Of a stretch of 64,000 nucleotides of DNA, positions 38,618-47,901 are shown piece after piece. Below the pieces are notes generated by a model that was not told the DNA's origin, did no database searches, and saw nothing but the letters and a program-made list of their open reading frames with translations. Both the position numbers and the translations under genes were made by a program. Origin of the DNA: Sedimentisphaerales bacterium (GTDB lineage Bacteria > Planctomycetota > Phycisphaerae > Sedimentisphaerales > SM23-30); contig CAXXMR010000009.1 of the NCBI GenBank assembly GCA_963663805.2, positions 192,001 to 256,000 on the forward strand, written 5' to 3'. Within the stretch, counting starts at the first letter, position 1. The number at the start of each line of letters is the position of its first letter.

Positions 38618-39739
38618 ATGGCAACCGTACATATTGACAGGGTTTTGGAAACTTGTATTAAGCAAGGTGCGTCTGACATTCATTTGGTAACCGGTCGTCC
38701 GCCGGTGCTGCGTCTGCATGGCGGATTGCGGAGTCTGGAAACCAAGGTGCTGGACCCGGATGATACCGTCGCTCTGATGAAGGCCATCACCCCGGACCGT
38801 AACCAGCATGAATTGCAGGAGGCCGGCTCCACGGACTTTGGTTTTGCTTTTGGCGACAAAGGTCGTTTCCGTGTTTCGGTTTTTCGTCAGCGTGGCCATC
38901 TCAGCCTCGTATTGCGGCTGATTCCCAACGAGTTGCTCAGTTTCGCTCAGATTGGTTTGCCCAAGAATATCGCCGGCCTGTGCCGTCGTCCTCAGGGGCT
39001 TTTTCTGGTAACCGGCCCGACCGGTTCTGGTAAAACCACCACGCTGGCAAGTATGATTAACTTTGTGAACGAAAATCTCGACCGGCATATCATCACGGTC
39101 GAAGATCCTATCGAATATTACCAGTATCACAAGAAATCTATTATCAATCAGCGGGAGGTCGGCACCGACGTGGCCAGTTTCGCCGAAGCCGTCAGGCGTG
39201 CTTTGCGGCAGGACCCGGACGTCATTCTCGTCGGTGAGCTTCGAGACCTCGAAACCATCGAAACTGCCGTACGTGCCGCTGAAACCGGTCACCTGGTATT
39301 CAGTACCCTGCACACCACCGGTTGCCAGGGTACCGTAACCCGTCTTATTGACGCCTTTCCGGTTAATCAGCAGGAGCAGATTCGTGTTCAGCTTTCGACC
39401 AACCTTATCGCGGTACTCAGTCAGACTCTTTGTCGGAAGATGGGCGGTAAGGGTCGCGTTGCCGCTTATGAATTCATGATGATTACCCCGGCTATCTCCA
39501 ACCTTATCCGGGAAAACAAGACCTACCGTATCGACTCGGCTATCCAGACCGGTGCTAAATTTGGTATGCAGCTTATGGACGACCACCTTTGGCGGCTGTT
39601 CTCGCAGAAACTTATCGATTCCGAGGAATTGATTGACAAGGCCCGGCGTCCCAACGATATGGAAGAAAAACTCAAGCAGTTCCAGAGTGGCCTGATGAGC
39701 CAGCCCAAACCGGGCCAAAGGGGAGATAAACCCGCATAA
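38618..39739 (+). CDS. pilT: Type IV pilus retraction ATPase PilT
   Basis: GASDIHL, GPTGSGKTTTLA, INQREVG, ALRQDPDVILVGELRD, AISNLIRE (AIRNLIRE-like). Confidence 0.95.
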   Translation: MATVHIDRVLETCIKQGASDIHLVTGRPPVLRLHGGLRSLETKVLDPDDTVALMKAITPDRNQHELQEAGSTDFGFAFGDKGRFRVSVFRQRGHLSLVLRLIPNELLSFAQIGLPKNIAGLCRRPQGLFLVTGPTGSGKTTTLASMINFVNENLDRHIITVEDPIEYYQYHKKSIINQREVGTDVASFAEAVRRALRQDPDVILVGELRDLETIETAVRAAETGHLVFSTLHTTGCQGTVTRLIDAFPVNQQEQIRVQLSTNLIAVLSQTLCRKMGGKGRVAAYEFMMITPAISNLIRENKTYRIDSAIQTGAKFGMQLMDDHLWRLFSQKLIDSEELIDKARRPNDMEEKLKQFQSGLMSQPKPGQRGDKPA

Positions 39740-39758
39740 TGGAACAGCCTTTGCCCAG

Positions 39759-39791
39759 ACTGGGCGACTGCCGACTGGACACGTATAATCT
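39759..39791 (+). promoter_or_regulatory. Conserved 33-bp promoter-like element, copy 1
   Basis: ACTGGGCGA-N15-GTATAATCT; counterpart at 47822-47854. Confidence 0.55.
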
Positions 39792-39816
39792 GTTGAGCTT
39801 TTTGAGGAAGTAAGTT

Positions 39817-41562
39817 ATGGCAGCAATGCCCCCTGTAAAACAGCTAAAAGGAAGACCGCTGGGACGAGTACTCATCAAGATGGGTAAGCTCACCCGCGAG
39901 AAGGTCCATCAGGCCCTGAAGGTCCAGAAAGAGTCCGCCAAGGCTGTGCCCATTGGTCAGGTACTCATCAACCTGGGATATATTACCGAGCCGGAGCTGA
40001 ATCTCGCTCTGGCGTTCCAGTTGGGCATGGAATATATTGACCTCGACAACTATGATGTCAACGACAACGTTATTTCCCAAATCACCGCCCAGATGGCCAT
40101 GACCTATCGGGTTCTGCCGGTTGAATATGACGCCCAGACGAACCTGCTCAAAATCGCTATTGACTCTGCTGATAATTTCCGGGCTACCGACGACCTGCGT
40201 ACTCTGCTTGGCTTCAAAGTCGAAGCACTTATCGCCGACAGCGAGGCTCTCGAAAAAGCACTGCAACGTTACTACAGCGGTTCCGAAGAAAGCATTAATG
40301 AGCTTATCGGCGAACTTACCGATGACGATTTTCTGGCTGAGTTCCAGGGACGCGGCGAGAGTATCGACCTGAGCGAGCTGCGCGAGATGGCCGATTCCAA
40401 CCCGGTCAAAAAGCTGCTCAATCTGGTACTCTTGCAAGCTATTCGCGACAAAGCCTCCGATATCCACTTTGAACCGTTCGAGAACGAATTCAAAATGCGC
40501 TACCGTATCGATGGTGTGCTTTACGAAATGGTGCCGCCTCCGGCCCATATCGCGGTCGCTCTTAGTTCGCGTATCAAGGTTATGGCCAACCTCGACATCG
40601 CCGAACGCCGACTGCCTCAGGATGGTCGTATTCCGCTGGTCGTACAAGGCCGCCAGGTTGACTTGCGGGTATCTGTACTGCCTACCCTTTTTGGAGAAAG
40701 CGTCGTGCTTCGTGTTCTCGACCGCAGTCAGGTCGAACTCGACCTCGACCGCCTGGGGATGGCCCCCAAAGACCAGGAAACTTTCCGCTGGCTTATCAAT
40801 AAACCAAATGGCATTGTACTCGTTACCGGACCGACCGGTTCCGGTAAAACCACTACGCTCTATTCCGCACTCAGTGAACTAAATACCATTGATCGCAAGA
40901 TTATCACCACCGAAGACCCGGTCGAATATGATATTGACGGCCTTATCCAGTGCCAGATTCGCTCCGAAATCGGACTTACCTTTGCCCGCTGCCTGCGTTC
41001 TATTTTGCGTCAGGACCCCGACATCGTACTCGTCGGTGAAATTCGTGACATCGAAACCGCCAGCATCGCCGTAGAAGCGTCACTGACCGGTCACCTGGTG
41101 TTCAGTACCATTCACACCAACGACGCCCCCGGTTCCGTCGCTCGTTTGCTCGATTTGGGTATGGAGCCGTTTTTAATTACTGCGACCCTGGAAGGTGTGG
41201 TCGGCCAGCGGCTGGTCAGACGTATCTGCAACAACTGCAAAACGCCTTTCGACCCTACCGAAGAAATGCTCATGGAGCTGGCCCTGAGACCCGAAGACAT
41301 CGCCGGCAAGCAGCTTTATTATGGCCGCGGCTGCGACTACTGCAACAATACCGGCTATAAAGGCCGAATGGGTATCTACGAAATGATGACACTCGACGAT
41401 GAAATGCGCGAGCTTATCATGAATCGTGAGTCTACCGCCGTACTCCGCGAAAACGCCCTCAAAAAGGGCATGAAAACACTACGCGATACCGGCATCGCCT
41501 CACTCTACGAAGGATTGACAACCATCGAAGAACTCGTAAGAGAAACCGTGACCGAGGATTAA
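39817..41562 (+). CDS. pilB: GspE/PilB-family assembly ATPase 2
   Basis: RPLGRVLI (MshEN-like), ASDIHFEPFE, DIAERRLPQDG, Walker A/B, CNNC..CDYC. Confidence 0.92.
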   Translation: MAAMPPVKQLKGRPLGRVLIKMGKLTREKVHQALKVQKESAKAVPIGQVLINLGYITEPELNLALAFQLGMEYIDLDNYDVNDNVISQITAQMAMTYRVLPVEYDAQTNLLKIAIDSADNFRATDDLRTLLGFKVEALIADSEALEKALQRYYSGSEESINELIGELTDDDFLAEFQGRGESIDLSELREMADSNPVKKLLNLVLLQAIRDKASDIHFEPFENEFKMRYRIDGVLYEMVPPPAHIAVALSSRIKVMANLDIAERRLPQDGRIPLVVQGRQVDLRVSVLPTLFGESVVLRVLDRSQVELDLDRLGMAPKDQETFRWLINKPNGIVLVTGPTGSGKTTTLYSALSELNTIDRKIITTEDPVEYDIDGLIQCQIRSEIGLTFARCLRSILRQDPDIVLVGEIRDIETASIAVEASLTGHLVFSTIHTNDAPGSVARLLDLGMEPFLITATLEGVVGQRLVRRICNNCKTPFDPTEEMLMELALRPEDIAGKQLYYGRGCDYCNNTGYKGRMGIYEMMTLDDEMRELIMNRESTAVLRENALKKGMKTLRDTGIASLYEGLTTIEELVRETVTED

Positions 41563-41640
41563 AACTGACATAACCATGAAGCGCAAGCGACATGATAAAC
41601 ATTGGAACATTATTCCGAAAATTTGTAACGGAGTATAGTC

Positions 41641-42879
41641 ATGCCAACATTTCAATTTGAAGCCATGAACGCCCAGGGCCAGGAGATTCGCGAGGAAATC
41701 GACGCCCTTAGTTCCGAAGAAGCCATCGCCAAGATAAGGCAGATGGGCTACTTCCCCACCAAAATCAAGGAACGCGGCGCCCGCAAAGGCAAAGAAGCCA
41801 AAACCCCCGGCGCCGCCAAACGCCAACGCGGTTCGGGCGGTAAGGTCGGGGTTAAGATTTTGACCCAGTTTACTCGTCAGCTCAGTACGCTTCAGGACGC
41901 GGGGTTGCCGATTTTACGTTCGCTGCGTATCCTCGAAGAACAGCAGAAGCCCGGCACCCTCAAAAAGGTCTGCCACGGTGTCGGTGACGATGTTGAGGCC
42001 GGTGCCACACTTTCCGAAGCTATGCGTAAATTCCCCCGCTGTTTCAATGACCTTTATTGCAACATGGTCGCTGCCGGTGAAGCCGGTGGTGTACTCGACG
42101 TAATTCTCAATCGTCTCGCCGAGTTCATGGAAAAAGCCGCCAAGCTCAAAGCTAAAATCAAAGGCGCTATGGTGTACCCTATCGCGGTACTTACCTTCGC
42201 CATTGGTATTGTTATGGGTATTATGATTGTCGTTATTCCCAAGTTCCGTACCATTTTTGACGATTTCGGCACTGAGCTTCCCGGCGTTACCGTCGCCCTG
42301 CTGAACTTATCCAACTGGCTGTCTCAGCAGTACGGCTGGGCCTATATCCTCGGCTCGCCCATTGTCGTCATGCTCACTTTGCGATTGATAAAAATCAGCG
42401 AGACTGGCCGATTTGTCGTCGATACCGGTGTTTTGAAAATACCCATGGTCGGTAAGTTGGTAAGTCAAACTTCCATCGCTCGATTCACTCGAACGCTGGG
42501 CACGCTTATCGCCGCGGGTGTGCCGATTCTGGAGGCACTCAATATTACCCGCGAGACCTCCGGCAACGAAGTCTTCCGCCGGGCTCTCGGCAGTGTTCAT
42601 GATAATATCCGCAAGGGCGAAACCTTCGCCGAGCCTCTCCGCAAGGCCCGTGTTTGTGACCATCTTGTTGTTAATATGATTGACGTCGGTGAGGAAACCG
42701 GCGAACTTGATAAAATGCTTATCAAAATCGCTGACAACTACGACGATGAAGTCGATACCGTCGTCGCCGCCCTCATCTCCATGATGGAGCCGGTACTCGT
42801 TATCGTACTGGGCGGTATCGTAGGTTTTATCGTTATAGCACTGTTCATGCCCCTGGTGCAGCTTATGTCCAGCTTCTAA
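41641..42879 (+). CDS. pilC: GspF/PilC inner-membrane platform protein
   Basis: FTRQLSTLQDAGLP, AGEAGGVLD, AMVYP, VGEETGELD.ML, EP. Confidence 0.95.
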   Translation: MPTFQFEAMNAQGQEIREEIDALSSEEAIAKIRQMGYFPTKIKERGARKGKEAKTPGAAKRQRGSGGKVGVKILTQFTRQLSTLQDAGLPILRSLRILEEQQKPGTLKKVCHGVGDDVEAGATLSEAMRKFPRCFNDLYCNMVAAGEAGGVLDVILNRLAEFMEKAAKLKAKIKGAMVYPIAVLTFAIGIVMGIMIVVIPKFRTIFDDFGTELPGVTVALLNLSNWLSQQYGWAYILGSPIVVMLTLRLIKISETGRFVVDTGVLKIPMVGKLVSQTSIARFTRTLGTLIAAGVPILEALNITRETSGNEVFRRALGSVHDNIRKGETFAEPLRKARVCDHLVVNMIDVGEETGELDKMLIKIADNYDDEVDTVVAALISMMEPVLVIVLGGIVGFIVIALFMPLVQLMSSF

Positions 42880-42893
42880 CGGAGAAAATAAAT

Positions 42894-43856
42894 ATGAATT
42901 ACCCTAATGCCTTTACCAAAAAAGCCTTTACTCTCGTCGAGTTGCTCGTGGTGGTAGCAATTATTGCCCTGCTGGTAAGCCTCCTCCTGCCCGCCGTGGG
43001 CAGAATCAGACAGGCCGCCAAGGAAACCAAGCTAAAGGCCACCTTCCACGCCATCGACATGGGACTCGAACAGTTCCTTTCCGACCACGGTTCGTATCCA
43101 AGTTCAGAAGTCCCGGCTTCGTCATATCAGCATATGGTTAAGAGAATCGATGGTTCTAATCCCAACGATTTTTACGATGCTTCCGGGGATTATCTCGACA
43201 TGGGAGCGCATCTACTGGCCGAATCAATGTTCGGTCTGGACCAGTTGGGATATTCTGACACCAGAGGCACCTCGGCGTTTACGGATGTTCGTATATATAA
43301 CGTCGATTCAGCAACCGGCGACCCGGTTAATGAAGATATGTCTGCTCTGGTCAAACGCTACGGTCCTTATGTAGCCACGGAAAATCTCGAAATCGCCAGG
43401 ATGTCTGATATTACCGAGAAACCTGTCAACTATGACCCAGGCAATCATTTTCCCGCCTGGGATAACCCAAATCCGGTAATTATGGACGGCCTGACAAATA
43501 ATGTCGCCAAACAAAGGCCAATCCTCTATTTCCGGGCCCGCAAATCGGAAAGACTGCTTCAAAATATTTTCAGCTATGCCGACAACTGGATGATTATCGA
43601 GCCGTTTGGAGTCGTGGGAATATACCGGGGTTATGCTGCAAACTACCCCGTTCCCGGTGCCACCGAACCCATGAAGGAGTTCCAATATTTTATCTGGGAC
43701 CAGAATACCGGAATTGGCAACACTCTCCTTGACCGCCAGAGCAGTGCAACCGCCCGGCCATATCGCGCCGATTCCTATATCCTCTGGAGTGCCGGCAGTG
43801 ACGGCGAATTCGGCACTGCCGACGACATAACCAACTTCACCCGGAGAGAGCAGTAA
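42894..43856 (+). CDS. Pseudopilin (GspG-like)
   Basis: [20 protein letters not shown]-terminal LWSAGSDGEFGTADDI. Confidence 0.88.
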   Translation: MNYPNAFTKKAFTLVELLVVVAIIALLVSLLLPAVGRIRQAAKETKLKATFHAIDMGLEQFLSDHGSYPSSEVPASSYQHMVKRIDGSNPNDFYDASGDYLDMGAHLLAESMFGLDQLGYSDTRGTSAFTDVRIYNVDSATGDPVNEDMSALVKRYGPYVATENLEIARMSDITEKPVNYDPGNHFPAWDNPNPVIMDGLTNNVAKQRPILYFRARKSERLLQNIFSYADNWMIIEPFGVVGIYRGYAANYPVPGATEPMKEFQYFIWDQNTGIGNTLLDRQSSATARPYRADSYILWSAGSDGEFGTADDITNFTRREQ

Positions 43857-44557
43857 TGTCTTACGCTTCAACCGTAAAAAATAAACGTGCCTTCACCCTC
43901 ATCGAAATGCTGGTCGTGGTGGCCGTCATCGTCATCCTCCTCAGCATCGTCGCCGGTGTCGGTCGGAACGTCTATACCAAAGCCCAGATTCGCAATACCG
44001 AAGCAACCATAACAACCCTATCAACAATCCTTCAGGAATACCAGAATCAAAATAAAAACCGTGATTTCCCCACACCTACCACCGTGGCTCCTGCCCCTGT
44101 AAATGACTTATCTGATTTTGATTTACTTAGAAAACGTTTTGGTTACTTCTATCATGGCAACGAAAACTACATTGCTGTGGTTGATTGTAAGGCGGGCGAT
44201 CACGACGTTTTTACCTGGGATGATGAGTCTGACTTTACCGATGACATCAAGCCTGTTGCTGACCATAGAGCCGACCGCCTCTACGCTCGTGCCTCCATCG
44301 AGTTCATGTATCAGTTCCTCGATGAAGTAACCGCCTGCCGCGAGAAGTTAGCCAAGCTCCCTGAATCGGTGGTTGTCAACTCCGATAAAGACAGCATCTA
44401 CCTTTTCGACCGCACCAAGCCCCTGCTGGAGATTGTTGACGCCTGGGACCATCCTCTGATGTACGAAGCGACCTCCGGCAATTTCCCCACCATAACCTCC
44501 GCCGGCCCCGACGGCATGTTCGACACCGCCGACGATATTATTTCCTCGGAGTTTTGA
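43856..44557 (+). CDS. Pseudopilin (GspG-like), translationally coupled through a TAATG overlap
   Basis: KRA|FTLIEMLVVV; DAWDHPLMY, SAGPDGMFDTADDI. Confidence 0.88.
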   Translation: MSYASTVKNKRAFTLIEMLVVVAVIVILLSIVAGVGRNVYTKAQIRNTEATITTLSTILQEYQNQNKNRDFPTPTTVAPAPVNDLSDFDLLRKRFGYFYHGNENYIAVVDCKAGDHDVFTWDDESDFTDDIKPVADHRADRLYARASIEFMYQFLDEVTACREKLAKLPESVVVNSDKDSIYLFDRTKPLLEIVDAWDHPLMYEATSGNFPTITSAGPDGMFDTADDIISSEF

Positions 44558-44593
44558 CCTACCCAAAGCCCGCCCGGACAAATACAATATAGT

Positions 44594-45484
44594 ATGAACG
44601 ATAAACAAAAACATATCAGAGCCGCGCACGTGAGTAAGCGGTTGCCGTTAAATCAATCACCAGCCCCCCAGGCCAACCCGCACCGTCCCCCTCATGCCTT
44701 ACGCCTCATGCCTCATGCCTTCTCTCTAGTCGAACTGCTGGTGGTGGTGGCCATCATCGCCCTGATGGCGACCCTGGTCCTGCCCGCCATCTCCAACATC
44801 ATGCGTTCCAACAAAATGGGCGCCACCGAAAACATCATCAGAGGTATGATCGCCACCGCCCGCGCCTACGCTGCCGAAAACCAAAAATACGCCGGTATCA
44901 GATTCCAAAAAGCCGCCAACAACAGACAATACCTCGTACTTATCGAAAAAGTAAGCGCCGCCGACCCTCGCCAATATCAAGCCGTCCCCAATCGTAAACC
45001 AGTTGCTCTCCCTATCGGAATCAGTCTACTTTCCGGCGATGTTTCTGTGGATACTGACATTGATGATGATGATACTGACAGCTTCAATCTTGTATTAGAA
45101 GGCCAACAAACGTTTTCAATAATTTTCTCACCTACCGGCCAATTAGTTATTAAACAGGTCGAAGTCCATGCTCGCGACAATGAAGATGAAGTTTTCGGTG
45201 GTGAAGCCGAAACTCTGCCGCCCGCACCGCCGGCATTGCTCTCATATGATAATGAATATAGATATGATCATACTGCTGGTACTGTGACTGCTGGTCCGTC
45301 ACCTTCTGCTTGGTGTGATGGTTGGGAAACCAGCACCACGAGTTTTTACATTTACGAAGATGAAGCCCTCAAAGAGCTAAACCCCGCCACCCGCTACACC
45401 GATTTCGTCAATCTGGAACAAACTCTCGACCAGATTCGTTTTGTCCTCCTGAACCAGTACACCGGCCAGGCCATCAAGGACTAG
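44594..45484 (+). CDS. Minor pseudopilin (GspH/FimT-like); start codon uncertain
   Basis: [37 protein letters not shown]. Confidence 0.85.
   Translation: MNDKQKHIRAAHVSKRLPLNQSPAPQANPHRPPHALRLMPHAFSLVELLVVVAIIALMATLVLPAISNIMRSNKMGATENIIRGMIATARAYAAENQKYAGIRFQKAANNRQYLVLIEKVSAADPRQYQAVPNRKPVALPIGISLLSGDVSVDTDIDDDDTDSFNLVLEGQQTFSIIFSPTGQLVIKQVEVHARDNEDEVFGGEAETLPPAPPALLSYDNEYRYDHTAGTVTAGPSPSAWCDGWETSTTSFYIYEDEALKELNPATRYTDFVNLEQTLDQIRFVLLNQYTGQAIKD
44616..44653 (+). repeat. REP-like repeat B, copy 2 (inside the predicted prepilin leader)
   Basis: TCAGAGCCGCGCACGTGAGTAAGCGGTTGCCGTTAAAT. Confidence 0.85.
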
Positions 45485-45495
45485 GGAGAGCAGAC

Positions 45496-46671
45496 ATGAA
45501 AAGAAATCATAAAAAAGCATTCTCACTAATGGAAGTCCTGCTCTCAGTGACAATCCTCGCTCTGGGCATGATCTTCGTAGCAACCCAGTTCCCCATGGGA
45601 CTGGCAAACGCCCGAGAAGTCGCCGAAAAAACCCAGACCATCATCAACGAACATAACACCACCGTACAAACAGAACTGAATATTCGAACATTTGACCCTT
45701 GTTATATTGGCAACGGCGATTTGATTATTGATACCAGTACCCCAACTCTTCCTACCCCCTCTACTTTGCCATTACCGTTGTTAACCAGAGTCCGTTTCCT
45801 TTGCCAGCCCAATATCCGCATTGATTCAGATGATTTTGTAATGGACGACCCCACGGACAATGCCTTTGATATTTTGCCAACAATAGATTTTAACTATGAC
45901 AAACCTGCGACCGGGACAGGTGTAAAAAACGAAGTGCCGAATAATATTTTTCTTTACGATTCCAGCAATACCACCGATACCCTCTCCGCGGAAAACTATG
46001 GCACTGTAGTTTATCCGCCCGTAACCCGCGACGACCCCGCAGTTCAGGCCTATCTTGATTTACCCAATGTTGCCGACATTACTACCATTACCGAACAGGA
46101 ATGGGCCGGAGCTATCTACGATACCGCCCTGGAACGCAACTACGCCACCGCTACCCTTTATCGTTCGATGGGGAATCGCACCCTGCGTCTTTACAATTTC
46201 ACCCTGCGTATATCAAACAAAAACCTCCGCTATCCTGTACAGGATATATCAACCGCAAATCCCTACGAGTTCCCCGAACCATACGCTGATACAGAAGACC
46301 GCAAATTTCCCATTCCCTGGCGGGTGGATTTGGACCCATCGAACCCTATTGTTTATGACAATTTAATCTTAAACAGCGACCCGCTCGACCGGTTCGTCCT
46401 GAACGATTACACCCAAAACGATAATTTCGCGGACAACATCGAAACCTTTCTCCGTGAAGGCTCCGTTCTGGTCGAGTCCTCCAACGGCCAACTGTTTTAC
46501 ATAGAAGAAATCTACCTTACAGAAGATAGCGACTGGATGGTGAAGATTACGCCGGACATCAAGGCTAATATTTACGGTTTCTGGATATTCCCCCCCGCGT
46601 TCGACTCCGACGGCCTGTTCACCGACCAGCAGCCCGTCATCAGCGTTGCCCAGCAGATAGTACAATGGTAG
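45496..46671 (+). CDS. Minor pseudopilin (GspI/PilV-like)
   Basis: KKA|FSLMEVLLSVTILALGMIFVATQFPMG. Confidence 0.85.
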   Translation: MKRNHKKAFSLMEVLLSVTILALGMIFVATQFPMGLANAREVAEKTQTIINEHNTTVQTELNIRTFDPCYIGNGDLIIDTSTPTLPTPSTLPLPLLTRVRFLCQPNIRIDSDDFVMDDPTDNAFDILPTIDFNYDKPATGTGVKNEVPNNIFLYDSSNTTDTLSAENYGTVVYPPVTRDDPAVQAYLDLPNVADITTITEQEWAGAIYDTALERNYATATLYRSMGNRTLRLYNFTLRISNKNLRYPVQDISTANPYEFPEPYADTEDRKFPIPWRVDLDPSNPIVYDNLILNSDPLDRFVLNDYTQNDNFADNIETFLREGSVLVESSNGQLFYIEEIYLTEDSDWMVKITPDIKANIYGFWIFPPAFDSDGLFTDQQPVISVAQQIVQW

Positions 46672-46679
46672 GAGCATCG

Positions 46680-47819
46680 ATGATTTTACCCCCTTCATAC
46701 AATCCTAAATCTCGCGGCGTTACCCTTGTCGAACTGCTCGTCGCCGTGGTGATTATGATCATGGTCTTGCTCATGACCTCCATGATTTTCAAAAGCTCGA
46801 CCGAGGCATCAGGCCGGGCCACCGCCCACGCCGACATTATGCGCCAGCTCCGGGCCCTCACCGAACAAATCGACAAAGATTTCGCCCATCTCCGCCCCGA
46901 TATGCCTATGGCGGTATGCTTCGAAGGCGACTGGGAGGATTACGACAACGACGGCTTCAATGATGGATTCATTCGCCACGACCGTATAGTTTTCTTTACC
47001 CACGGCGACTTTCAGGATGTTTACGGTATCCGCGGCAACCTCGCCCGAATCTTCTACGGCCAATCCTCAGACACCCTCAATACCCCCGAAACCGAAACTA
47101 TTTCACCTGAAAGACGAATCTTGGCTAGAAGAACAAAAATTCTGACTCCGGATTCAACTCTGGGACTGGTTTCGCACCCCGCCAGTACAGGTTGGGGGGC
47201 TTCGCCAGCTTATACTGCTATCTCTGCCAGTAACTATGATGAAATAACCTACGAAAACGCCACCGAATCAGAATGGAAGCAGGATGTTTTCCAGAGCTAT
47301 GTCGACCACCATCTTCGCGTAAATACCGCAGCTCTGCCCGACAATCCCGCCGCTCGCCGTTCTATAATGCGTCGCCCCAATATTAGCCTGGCATCAAATG
47401 ATCTTACTCAAAGCATGTATTTTCTGCCCGACACTACAAATTTTCAGATAGATGTTTGGTTTGGTGGTACTTCCGCAGCATTTGCCGGTATTAATAACTA
47501 TTGGGTTAATCGTTGGCTGCCGGATATAATAGATATTGACTCAGGGGTTTTCATGATTAATGCCGGGTCTACAGATTTGGGCTTCTATTTTAACGCGCCC
47601 GGCCCGGTTGCTCCTTCTTATACGCCCAATACGCCTTTTCAGTTAGATGGATATATTGATTGGTATTCTGTGGATGCCTTATCAAATACAACTTATACCG
47701 GCCTTTCCAACCCCTGGCCTCGCGCCCTGCGTTTTACCTTCACCTTGTACGACCAGAATCGCCGTTATTACCCCGAAGGCCTGACATTCAGCTATTTAGT
47801 CAAACTTCCTCAGCCTTAA
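46680..47819 (+). CDS. Minor pseudopilin (GspJ/PilW-like)
   Basis: SRG|VTLVELLVAV; C-terminal WPRALRFTFTLYD; AGGAG RBS before ATG 46680. Confidence 0.85.
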   Translation: MILPPSYNPKSRGVTLVELLVAVVIMIMVLLMTSMIFKSSTEASGRATAHADIMRQLRALTEQIDKDFAHLRPDMPMAVCFEGDWEDYDNDGFNDGFIRHDRIVFFTHGDFQDVYGIRGNLARIFYGQSSDTLNTPETETISPERRILARRTKILTPDSTLGLVSHPASTGWGASPAYTAISASNYDEITYENATESEWKQDVFQSYVDHHLRVNTAALPDNPAARRSIMRRPNISLASNDLTQSMYFLPDTTNFQIDVWFGGTSAAFAGINNYWVNRWLPDIIDIDSGVFMINAGSTDLGFYFNAPGPVAPSYTPNTPFQLDGYIDWYSVDALSNTTYTGLSNPWPRALRFTFTLYDQNRRYYPEGLTFSYLVKLPQP

Positions 47820-47821
47820 CC

Positions 47822-47854
47822 ACTGGTCGAACTGACTGGACACCCGTATAATCT
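47822..47854 (+). promoter_or_regulatory. Conserved 33-bp promoter-like element, copy 2
   Basis: ACTGGTCGA-N15-GTATAATCT. Confidence 0.55.
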
Positions 47855-47901
47855 TACAGAGGTTTAGTAGAAGATACGAGAATCCATAAAACGGTGAAAA
47901 A

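Noticed and set aside
38600..39718. 372-aa antisense ORF over pilT, and similar shadow ORFs (2411-3163, 22514-23359, 26882-27772, 56588-57673)
   Set aside because: They lie opposite well-supported genes, carry no recognisable motifs, and are expected from codon bias.
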